The notes under the pieces were generated by a model that was not told where the DNA came from, did no database searches, and was given only the letters and a program-made list of their open reading frames with translations. From assembly GCA_951804945.1 (NCBI GenBank), contig OX638150.1:94364001-94428000 (forward strand): DNA of 64,000 nucleotides. Direction: 5' to 3'. Shown here in pieces: positions 10,710 through 21,431 of the stretch (positions are counted from its first letter, which is position 1; every line of letters starts with the position of its first letter). Source of the DNA: Podarcis cretensis (lineage: Eukaryota). A program made the position numbers and the translations under genes.

Positions 10710-12149
10710 TATGTCTTTTAAAAACACAGGAGGTCTACTGGAACAACAACAACAAATGAAAAAGAAGGTTAATTTTTGACTAAGCACTATTAATTTTTGA
10801 ATACATTAAGTCCTGATATTTAGATGAGAAGGACACCCACGGGAGATGTCTAGGGATAAATCTTGTAGGGATGAGCAATTAGATGTGTTAAGAAGAAAGA
10901 TGAGCAGTGAAATCTAGACATGTGAAGAATGCAGAAAATGGAGTGCAAAGCCCTTTGGCAAAAGTTGACAGGCTATGATGAGACGGAACAAAGAGAAACG
11001 CATCAGTAGAAAACATAAAAGCATCACAGCAGGAGAAAGAACTGCATAGGTTCTGCATTATCAGACTGTGAAGAGACTCACCCAAACAATCACTCTCAGC
11101 TGTTGCTTAAGTCAGGCAGGCACATTACTTAATTGGCATGGCAGGTAGCAAAAGTGCTTCCCCCAAAGACCCCGGTATGGCACCATCATTAAAAATCATA
11201 GCCTAAATATTTAAAATGTTATCAAAATATTGCTGCAATGCCATGAATTCTATTTAATCAGATTTCTGAAAGCAACTAGGAACTATGTTCTGGTAACCTT
11301 TCAGAGTAACATTTTTATCAGAGAAAACTCAGAGCTCATAAGAAGAATAAAACACACACTAGAAGAACTCTGCCGTTTTGAGCTGAACATGTGTTCTTGC
11401 TCTTTCCGCAACATAGTCTTTCAAATAAATATTATTGTACCACTCAAAAATATAAATAAATCTGGAGCCGTTCAATTATTTACTTTCCACATTTTGTGTG
11501 TCCCTCAGACACTGTGGAACGTAGCAAGATCCCTGGTTTACTGGGGAGCCCCAGGCAATGAAAGCAGGAGTGCAAATTCCTGTTGTGACGGTGACTTGGC
11601 ATGATCATTCCCCCCACTTTGTAGCAGTGGAAGAGGCAAAGAAGTCCCACTTTGCTGCCTCAGTGGCTCAGGGTGTTCATTACCAGCTTTGGTGAGTTAG
11701 CCTACTATGACTGTTCCTCAACCTGATTAGCCATGTCATCATTGTCTGTGCACTGGTAACAAGTCTGGATTGCCGCAATAAGCTGTATGTGGAGCTTAAG
11801 CATGATTTGATAGCTTCAACCAGTGCAAAATTCGACTGCTAGGATGTCTAGTTTTGCATATATTACACTGGTAATGAAAAACCAGGTTCAAGGTTTTGTG
11901 CTTGACATTTAATACCATAAAAAAGCCCGGCACCAGTTGCTGGAAAATTGGGTGGGTGGAAAGAGTGTTCTTGTGCTTGGGTCCTGCTTATGGGTTTCCC
12001 ATAGGCATCTGGTTGACCACCCTGAGAACAGGCTGCTGGACTAGATGGTCCATTGGCCTGATTGCCACCTGATCACAACACAGAAGCAGGATTTCTCAGT
12101 GCTGGTGCCCATCCTTCGGAATGCCCTTCCAGAGGTTGATTTAGATGTA

Positions 12150-12409
12150 CAGTGGTACCTCTGGTTAAGTACTTAATTCGTTCCGGAGGTCCGTACTTAA
12201 CCTGAAACTGTTCTTAACCTGAAGCACCACTTTAGCTAATGGGCCCTCCCGCTGCTGCCATGGCACCGGAGCACGATTTCTGTTCTCATCCTGAAGCAAA
12301 GTTCTTAACCTGAAGCACTATTTCTGGGTTAGCGGAGTCTGTAACCTGAAGCATATCTGTAACCTGAAGCATATGTAACCTGAAGCGTATGTAACCCGAG
12401 GTACCACTG
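12150..12409 (-). mobile_element. Tigger-like MITE family A copy 3
   Basis: TA TSD, same TIRs, extra copies of the internal ~17-bp GTAACCTGAAGC unit. Confidence 0.92.
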
Positions 12410-12502
12410 TACATACAGTAGACTGCATGAAATGCCCCTTTAAAATATGTTTACTCAAGCTTTCCTGGATCCTGATTCCTAACACTTAAACTTTATTTAC
12501 AG

Positions 12503-12694
12503 CAGAGCTTTCCAAACACATTAGCGTGTCGACTGCAGTGTGTAGGTGTGTCACTGAACACTCCCCACACTCCTGCTGTGGCTGGAAAGGGGTTAATTTA
12601 ACCTTCAATTTGCTAGTAAAACCAAATCACTGTGTCACAAAATGATGCATGTCTAAAAAGTGTGTCACCAACTTGAAAAGTTTGGAAAGCTCTG
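12503..12694. mobile_element. hAT-type MITE
   Basis: 15-bp TIR CAGAGCTTTCCAAAC / GTTTGGAAAGCTCTG; 8-bp TSD ATTTACAG / ATCTACAG. Confidence 0.88.
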
Positions 12695-13729
12695 ATCTAC
12701 AGCATATACTTTTATCTACAGCATATCAGTTTTAAATGCTTTGTAAAAAGGTGTTACTTGATTTCCATGTGAACACACACAATAATTCTATTTTTAGGTA
12801 CTATATAAATGTCATAAATTATAAATAATAGTGTACAGAATGCAGATCAGAGAGTCTAAAATAGATAATTTTCCACCCTTCAGTCATCTGAAATAGCTTT
12901 CTGATAGCAAAATCTAGCTCAAAAGGATCATTATTCCCCCCCCCCATATATATATTCAGAGAGACCTATTATTTCTTCAGAACACAAAATGAGAGCCTTG
13001 ATTTAGCTCAATAGCACAAAAACTAGACAAGGAGAATTTAGAAAGTCATTGATAAATTAAGGGCAGAAGGAAAAAGTTATCATAAATGAGGGGAAACTAT
13101 AAATAGAAAGGAAAAAAGTCAAGTAATAGTAAAAAAAAGTTTTTTGTTTCTTAAAAAAAAGAAAAGACTAATGAAGGTAAGGAACATTTCCCAAAAACAA
13201 AGGGAAGAAAAAAAGAACAGGGAATAAAGGAAATGGAATTTAAAAAAGGCAAGTGAACACAGATTTTTAAAAATCCAGAAGACCCTGGAGACAATGTATG
13301 CATATGAATGAAGGGAAATATTATTGTACGAACAGATGTTTCTGGTGTAACTCTCTGCAAGCAGCATAATTATTTTAATCAATGCTGCACACTGTATCTT
13401 GCTATGAAGTTATCAGGCGTGGCCATCAGTATCAATGAAAAAAGGTTAATAGAAGAGGAACTCCTACATGGAGGACATCTTACAGAGATTAACTAATTCA
13501 ATCTTTATACCAATCTCTACAAAGGGATACATTTAGCTTTGTTCTGTATTTTTAATTGTTGCAGATATGTCCAGCTTCACTAAAGCTGGGTTAGCATTTT
13601 TATGAAGCATACAGCAGGGATGGATCCACACGACACTAAAGTTAACTCTTTGTGAGGCTGCCCTTGAAGTCGACCTGGAAGCTGCAGCTAGGGCAAAATA
13701 TGGCAGCTCAGCAACTCAACTTCATGTTA

Positions 13730-13985
13730 AGGTAAAGGTAAAGAGACCCCTGACCATTAGGTCCAGTCGTGACCGACTCTGGGGTTGCAGCACTCATCTT
13801 GCTTTATTGGCCAAGGGAGCTGGCATTTGTCTGCAGACAGCTTCCGGGTCATGTGGCCAGCATGACTAAGCCGCTTCTGGCAAACCAGAGCAGCGCACGG
13901 AAAAGCCGTTTACCTTCCCGCCGGAGCGGTACCTATTTATCTACTTGCACTTTGACGTGCTTTCGAACTGCTGGGTTGGCAGGAA
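13730..13985 (-). mobile_element. Sauria SINE, 5'-truncated
   Basis: (ACCTTT)n tail on the minus strand; core GGGTCATGTGGCCAGCATGACT; 9-bp TSD TTCATGTTA at 13721-13729 and 13986-13994. Confidence 0.9.
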
Positions 13986-14035
13986 TTCATGTTACACTGC
14001 TGTTAATAGAATCACACTGGCTGCCAGTGAGTTAA

Positions 14036-14412
14036 TTGATTGATTGATCATAACAATTCATATCCTGCCCTTCCTCCCAAAACCGGCCCAGGGTGGCAAA
14101 CACACCAATGATAAAACAGTCAAAACTTCTAAAAACATGAAAACAACAATTCCCCTCCAAAAGGTGCAGATTGGGAAAGATCTCTACCTAAAAGACTTGT
14201 TGGAAGAGGAAGAGCTTCAGCAGATGCAGAAAAGACAGCAATGTTAGTGCCTGTCTAATATTTAATGGGAGGGACTTCCTATGAGTAGGTGTTACAGCAC
14301 CCAAGGCCCGATTCCTATATTATAGAGAATGAACTTTTGACAAGATGGTATTTGTAGAAGCACTTGCAGAGCACAGTAATCGGCTGAGTATATAAGGAGA
14401 GAGATGATATTC
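14036..14412 (-). mobile_element. L2-like 3' fragment, antisense to the host L2
   Basis: Tail followed by ATATCCTGCCCTTCCTCCC...CCCAGGGTGGC, the reverse complement of an L2-type 3' end; boundaries approximate. Confidence 0.55.
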
Positions 14413-14573
14413 AATTACCTGCTGTACTGTTAAATGTGCTGGTACTAGTGTATAAAGCCCTATACATATTTGGACCAGGATACCTTTAAAAACATATGTC
14501 TCATTGCTTATATAGCCATCTGATCACTGCACTCTGCAGGAGATACCATCTTAGCAAGAGGTTTATTTTACAT

Positions 14574-14695
14574 CAGGCATAGGCACACTCGGCCCTCCAG
14601 ATGTTTGGGACTACAACTCCCATCATCCCTAGCTAACAGGATCAGGGATGATCAGAGTTGTAGTCCTAAAACATCTGGAGGGCTGAGTATGCCTG
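14574..14695. mobile_element. Palindromic hAT-type MITE, 122 bp
   Basis: CAGGCATA...TATGCCTG ends; nearly fully self-complementary; perfect 8-bp TSD TTTTACAT. Confidence 0.9.
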
Positions 14696-14960
14696 TTTTA
14701 CATAATGCTAGATTTGGGAGTTTAGCATGGTAGAACCTACCCTTGGGAACTCCTTCCTATTATATATTGGTCAGGCGCTGTCTCTATTGCTTTTCGGCAT
14801 CAGTTGAAAACTTTCCTCTTTAGGCAAGTCTTCGGAGTAGATTTTTTTTTATCCTAATCTGTATCTGTACTGGATTTGAATTTGCTTTTATATGCAATTG
14901 CTTAACTGGTTTTATAAATGTGCTTGTTTTTATACATGCAATAGTTTTTTATGTGCTTTA

Positions 14961-16713
14961 TTTATTTTTTAAATGATATTTTATTAAGTTTTACAGAAAA
15001 TTAACAGTCAACAAAAATCACAGAAACAACAAACAACAAACATCAAGAATGCAAACAAGACAAGGAATAAAAAGAAAACATAAAAAAGATTTAACATAAT
15101 AATAAAAAAGTGAAAAAAAACTCTTTTTCAATTTAATAACCTTCAAAACCTTATTTTCTTTACTTCCACCCGCCTTCCCTTCTTGTATTCCACTTTAAAA
15201 ATTATTTCAGCAAGCTCATTCATTATTCGTTTTCATCCTTTATCCTTCCCTTTATACTCTTATTTATCTTAATCGCTAGGACCCCTTCATTTCATTTACA
15301 ATGCCCTTAGCATTCATAAATTTTACAGTGTTTTTGTAGATAGGCTTTAAACTTCTTCCAATCCTCTTCCACCTGCTCTTCTCCTTGATCTCGGATTCTG
15401 CCGGTCATTTCTGCCAGTTCCATATAGTCTATTACTTGCATCTGCCATTCTTCCAAGGTGGGTAGTTCTTGTGTCTTCCAGTGTTTTGCGATGAGTATTC
15501 TTGCTGCTGCAGTAGCATACATAAAAAAAGTTCTATCCTTCTTTGGCACCAATTGGCCGACCATGCCCAGGAGAAAAGCCTCTGGTTTCTTTAAGAAAGT
15601 ATACTTAAATACCTTTTTCAGTTCATTATAGATCATTTCCCAGAAAGCCTTAATCCTTGGGCAGGCCCACCAAAGGTGAAAGAATGTTCCTTCCATTTCT
15701 TTACATTTCCAACATTTATTATTGGGCAAGTGATAGATTTTTGCTAGCTTGACTGGGGTCATGTACCACCTGTAAATCATTTTCATAATATTCTCTTTTA
15801 AGGCATTACATGCCATAAATTTCATACCGGTGGTCCACAACTGTTCCCAGTCAGTGAACATAATGTTATGACCAATATCTTGTGCCCATTTTATCATAGC
15901 AGATTTAACCGTTTCATCCTCAGTATTCCATTTCAACAGCAAATTATACATTCTCGACAATACCTTAGCACTGGGTTCTAACAATTCTGTTTCCAGCTTC
16001 GATTTTTCCACCTGGAAGCCATTTTTCCTGTCCGAGTTATAGGCCTCTCTTACTTGAAAATAGTGTAACCAATCTCGCACCTTATCTTTAAGTTTCTCAT
16101 AACTCTGCAGTTTCAATTTATCTCCCTCCTGCTCCAAAATTTCACAATATTTTGGCCAGTTAGATTCCATATTAAGTTTTTTCAAGGCCTTAGCCTCCAT
16201 TGGAGAAAGCCACCTTGGGGTTTTATTCTCCAAAAAATCTTTATATCTGACCCAGACATTAAACAACGCTTTCCTGACAATATGGTTTTTAAACGCCTTT
16301 TGTACTTTGTCCTTACCATACCACAAGTATGCATGCCATCCAAAAGCATTATCATATCCTTCCAAATCAAGGATGTCTGTGTTCTCAAGAAGTAGCCATT
16401 CCTTCAGCCAGCAAAAAGCTGCCGCCTCATAATATAGTTTGAAGTCCGGCAGGGCAAACCCCCCTCTCTCCTTCGCATCAGTAAGAATTTTATATTTAAT
16501 TCTGGGCTTTTTGCCCTGCCAGACAAATCTAGAAATTTCTTTTTGCCACTTCTTGAAACAATCCATCTTGTCAATTATCTGTAACGATTGAAACAGAAAC
16601 AGTAATCTTGGCAATACATTCATTTTGATAACTGCTGTTCTACCCAGTAAGGATAACTTTAGGTTTGTCCACGTTTCAAGATCTTTTTTCACTTCAGACC
16701 AACACTTTGTTTC
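14961..16713 (-). mobile_element. 5'-truncated L1-clade LINE
   Basis: ORF2 C-terminus, 3' UTR and A-rich tail; 12-bp TSD TTATGTGCTTTA at 14949-14960 and 16714-16725. Confidence 0.93.
15307..16692 (-). pseudogene. L1 ORF2 C-terminal 461 aa, no true start
   Basis: LSLLGR..IKMNVLPR, F.WQGKKPRI, GGFALPDF..YY and CWKC..EGTFFHLWWAC cysteine-rich motif; open to its natural stop. Confidence 0.9.
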
Positions 16714-16946
16714 TTATGTGCTTTAAATCCATTGCGAAATCGCTTAGAGGTGCTTCATAGGAAGTGTTCCATAAATGAAATAAATAATAATAACAACTTT
16801 GTTGGTTTCAACCCAGTACTGTAGCAGTATTTCTGGAGTGCTTTCTTGTGATGGCTGGGACGTCATCAAGTCTTGAATTCAGGCTAGAAACTAAAATTCA
16901 AATGGTGTAGAGAGACTTAAACAAGGAGGTTCCCACTGTGCAATAA

Positions 16947-17811
16947 TGTTGTGAGTCGAGGCCCCGCTCGTAATGAAATAAGACACATGGACACAAGTAT
17001 TTTAGGTTAATGGGCTAAAAAACCCCACAACTTTATTGGTTACAGAATGTGAGTGGTATTCGCTTAGGCATTGGATCCGAACAGACTATACTTGACTCCT
17101 GCCCGCTCTGTAGGGAGTCACAGCAGGGTTAACAACCTGTAGGGGGAGCTTGTTGATGCGAATCAACTGGAAGCTTTCCCCTAGAGTAACTGGAGGGTCG
17201 TGCCATGGCCCTAGCCACCACCTGGGCATCAGACAGGAACCACGACCGCCGGATTCCTTTAACGGAATACCCTTCAAGGGGAGGGGTAAGTGATGGCCAC
17301 AACCTCCCCTCCGACACACAACGCCATTTCCAATTCCTAACCGCCAAACCTTACAAAGTTGTGAAGATTTGCTACGAGGTAGGCGGAAAAAACCAAGTGG
17401 CTGGCGCCAATCTGCCAAGTGGAAAAAAAATCCTACCAGGCCCAATGGACAACCAAGGTGACCAACTGAAGTCCATAGCAAGGTCAGGTGCTAAGGCAAA
17501 ACCTAAAGGGAGGGTGATCTGAGGAAGCCAGGAACAAGGAGGAGGAGCTCGTCGGTCCGCAGCCATTTTAAACTGCTAAACCATGCCCATCAGCCAGCCA
17601 GGTTGACTGGCTGAAGTGCAAGATGCGGTCCCAGGCCTTCAGTGAGGCAGGGGGCCCGGCCACGCCCCCCTGCGAACGCAGAAAGCGATTCCCGCTCACA
17701 ACCCCTCCCCTCCGGGAAGAGGAGAGGCTTTCCGTCAACATGTCATTGAGACTGAAGCAGCTGTTCCTAGCCTGTAGGAATGTCCCTGTCAAAAGGCATA
17801 GGCCCACAACT
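16947..17811 (-). mobile_element. Probable solo LTR, about 865 bp, ERV- or Gypsy-type
   Basis: Ends TGTTGTG...CACAAC(T); GC/CpG-rich island in AT-rich DNA; minus-strand TATA-like TTTAAAA near 17570 and AATAAA at 17032-17037; imperfect flanks ATAA/ATAG. Confidence 0.7.
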
Positions 17812-18535
17812 ATAGATGTTCCTATGGTATATTCCCTGAAAAGGCCTCAGCTCTTTGTCTAATCAGCCACGTGGCATATGTATTAGCTTTTCCATATAAA
17901 ACTAAGCAGCTAATTGTACTGCATTAATCGGACTGTATTTTATGGAGCAAAATAGAGCAGAAATTTTTGTTGCTGTTAAATTAAAAAGCAATTAACTAAC
18001 AGAGTACAATCCTTTGCTTTAAATTCAAGATAAAGACACCACAACATTTATTATTGCTCAAACACATTTATTTGCACTACCATCCTAGGCATGCATATTC
18101 TGAAGAAAGCCCCCTAGTAAATGTACATAGGATTGCAATCTAATAATATATTGCATATCAGTAATGCTGTAAAGATGGCAACGTGAGCGTATTGCCATCA
18201 TGCATTCAAATAAAAATTAGACAGGGGAGTGCAATGGTTTAGCAGCTCCATCCCAAAGTTAATGTAAAGCTGCATTAAACCTTTCAGTGTGCTGAGGAAT
18301 TAGGACCCCATAAACTATGGAATGTGTATCATTCACAGTGCATATTTTTTACGGTTCTGCTAGTAACAATCACATATATACTGCAAATCCACAAAAAGCA
18401 AAGTGGAAAAATTAGTCACTTCAGGAACAGTTTGACATAATGTGAATTTAAAATAGGTTTGTGGATAAAACTGATTAATGGAATGCTTACAGGTTGCTAT
18501 GTGGCAATTTCAGATCAATCTATTTTTTTTCTTAC

Positions 18536-18568
18536 GCTTGTTTACCATATGTAGGTGTTCGCTTCGTC
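18536..18568 (-). CDS. Candidate 33-nt symmetric exon (phase 1 reading: GRSEHLHMVNK)
   Basis: Acceptor CTTTTCCTTCACACAATTTGTAATTGCAG, donor GTAAGA, length divisible by 3, CpGs retained, TGCATG motifs nearby. Confidence 0.55.
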
Positions 18569-18679
18569 CTGCAATTACAAATTGTGTGAAGGAAAAGTTT
18601 GGGACATGCTAGCTCTCTCTGCCTCCCTCCATCATGTACTTGCCACCAGTCCCCCTGCCATCCACACGTTGAAGGGTGA

Positions 18680-18724
<45 letters not shown>

Positions 18725-19052
18725 TGTGGAAGATCTGACCATGTGCAAACCTCTCTGAATGCAGCAGCATCCCTGCTGCAGACATTTGCCTCCCCCACCC
18801 AATGTGTGAGGAGAAGAATGCCTGAACAGAGCTATAATTTGATCTGAACAATAAGGAATAAATACTGAAAACAAACGAAACAAATTTTATTTGCTTATTG
18901 TGGTAATACATAATTAGCTGTGAACTGGCCAACCTAAGGGGGTTGTGGCATGCATTTATATTAGAAAATACAAGGCAATGAGTTAGGGTTTTTTGTGATA
19001 CGTGTGGCCTTAATAAAAAGAAAACCCATGAAACATACATGGATCAGAAAAA

Positions 19053-19096
<44 letters not shown>

Positions 19097-19602
19097 ATAG
19101 TAACTTCCATAAATGCTGGTGAAAGCTATTGATGCCTTTATGAAATGTACTAAACAAAAAAAACTACATTTTAAAGCACATCAGACAATGAATGCATGTC
19201 TTATGCTACTGGCACACCTGCAATAATTATTACAGAGAGATTAGTGAGTCTATTCTATGCTCTGATAGCTCCATGTAGTGTTAGTTTAGTGCACTGAAGT
19301 GCATGTAATAGACTGAATTCCCTGGTGCTTCGAACAGACATCCAATTACAAAGTACTTGCACACTTTGTGTTTTTGACCTTGCCCATAACAAAATCTGAG
19401 AATGATGTACCAAGTCACTTTAAAATTGCGGAAAGCTAATAACAAACAAAATGCAACAGCCTACCTGAAAACCTTTTATATTTAAGAGTAATCACAAGAA
19501 TACTAATATTTACACAATACTGAGTGCTAAATAGGGCCAAAAGAATGTGTAATGACACCATGTATTCAATCGAATGTCTGGGCCACAATGTAAAAAGGCA
19601 TA

Positions 19603-19641
19603 AGGTAAAAGGTAAAGGTAAAGGACCCCTGGACAGTTAAA
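19603..19641 (-). mobile_element. Sauria SINE tail stub
   Basis: AGGTAAAAGGTAAAGGTAAAGGACCCCTGGACAGTTAA. Confidence 0.7.
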
Positions 19642-20725
19642 GTTTCTCTCCCTGCCCTAACTGGAAATGCCAGGGACTGAAACTGGGACCTGCTGCATGG
19701 CAAGTCTCCATCCATACCAAGAAGCAATTTTCCCTATGGAGAGAAGGATTGGAAGTCAGTGATGGCACAGCTGAAGCCATGGCCCAGGAGTGAATCCTAG
19801 TCCCACCCTTGAAATCCCACTGGTCCCTCTTCCAGGTAGATTGGCTTCCAGGTGGATATGCACCTGAATTAAGTCAGGTACCTCCCCCTGCCACACCCCC
19901 AAATCAGGGGCCCCCTTCTTACAGGCGAATTCTTAAGGTACAAAAATAAATTTCGCTTAAAAATATATTCTGCTTAAACCAAGTGAATAAAACATGCATT
20001 GCTCTTCGTTGAGCAAAACAGAGTCTTCGATTAACCCGAGGCTGTGTCCCATTGGAATTGGGAGTCCAGCAACATCGTGAGTTGTCCCCCAACCCCACAT
20101 CTACCTTAAACCATTCCATTGCATTCCATTCTATATGTGCCATGAATCTAAAGGTGTTCTAAATAAAACAAAAAGAAACATTTATATCAATGTCACTGTG
20201 ATAGAACATTAAAATTACTGGAGTTTATAGTTTGCACAGATCTCATTAAAAGGTTAGTTTGTTTCTTGATTCCTGTGACATTCCATAGCAAATGACTGGC
20301 ATTGAATTTCCTTCTTGAAATTGCCCTTGAATACATGTATACAGGAAGTAATATCTCACTCTGGATGCGAACAGGAAAGCGTTAACACTCCCCTTGGCAG
20401 CTACAAGAAACAATGTAATCATTTAAGCTTATGCTGAGATTGCAATTCGCTTGCCTCAGGTATTAAGTGTGTGTAATTTTCTTAACCACGGGATATCCAT
20501 TTATCAGAGGTGATACTCAGAAGAGGAAAAAATGGTGCTGACACCCTATAGCTGATTCACTGTTCCAGAATGGCATTACCCCAATAAAGGGATTTTGAAA
20601 ACAAATATCTAAAAATCACAAGAAATATCCAATTTATATTAAATAACCCTACATCCTGTGGAAATGTTAATAGCCAACAATAATGCAACACCACCTTTGT
20701 AAACATTTTAGAAAAAATGAGTTTA

Positions 20726-21431
20726 CAGTGGTACCTTGGTTTTAGAACAGCTTAATTTATGAACAACTTGGAAATAGTACGCTGCAAACCCAGAAGTAGG
20801 TGTTTCCGTTTGTGAACTTTGCCTTGGAAGCTGAACATGTTCCGCTTCCTGTTGAGTGTGTTCCGTTTGTAAATTGAGTCCCCCGCTGCTAATCAGAGGC
20901 TTCCTGTTGAGTCTGTTGGCTGTTGAGTCCCAAGCACCCACGCAACACAGAGGCGGTATTTGGAGCTTTTGTTTTTCCTTTTTTTGCGTTTTTGTTTTGT
21001 GGCTTTTTCATTTTTTTGACTGTTACTTGTTCTTTGTTTTATGGGACTGACATGTGACTGTGGCTTGTGACTTTGTTTTGTGACTGTGTGGAACCCAGTT
21101 CAGCTACCGATTGATTGTGTGACTGCAGAAATGGATAAAAGCCCCCCATCCAAACAATGATTATCATCAGTGCACATAAGAAAAAATATTACTGTCTTAT
21201 TTATTTTATAGCACAGTACATTGATTATTGCTTTCATTTTATGGATCAATGGTCTTGTTAGATAGCAAGATTCATGTTAAATTGCTGTTTTAGGGGTTGT
21301 TCTTAAAAGTCTGGAACAGATTAATCCATTTTGCATTACTTTCTATGGGAAAGCATGCCTTGGTTTTAGAAGGCTTTGGTTTTGGAATAGACTTCCGGAA
21401 TGGATTAAGTTTGGGAACCAAGGTACCACTG
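20726..21431. mobile_element. Longer non-autonomous Tigger-like DNA transposon, 706 bp
   Basis: TA-CAGTGGTACCTTGGTT...AACCAAGGTACCACTG-TA; no transposase ORF. Confidence 0.88.

Larger units (their letters stand above)
13640..16795 (+). mobile_element. Old L2-like LINE 3' portion interrupted by four younger insertions
   Basis: L2-like segments (GGCTGCCCTTGAAG..., CACTGGCTGCCAG, TATAAAGCCCTA, A-rich tail near 16770-16795) resume after each inserted element. Confidence 0.65.

Noticed and set aside
10405-10759. Recurrent peptide APLAKVVLQVKN in several ORFs
   Set aside because: It comes from the non-coding MITE copies; no transposase motifs.
18532-19040. ORFs with poly-I, poly-Y or poly-L runs (also near 6326, 26088, 35060)
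   Set aside because: They are translations of (TAA)n/(TAT)n microsatellites.
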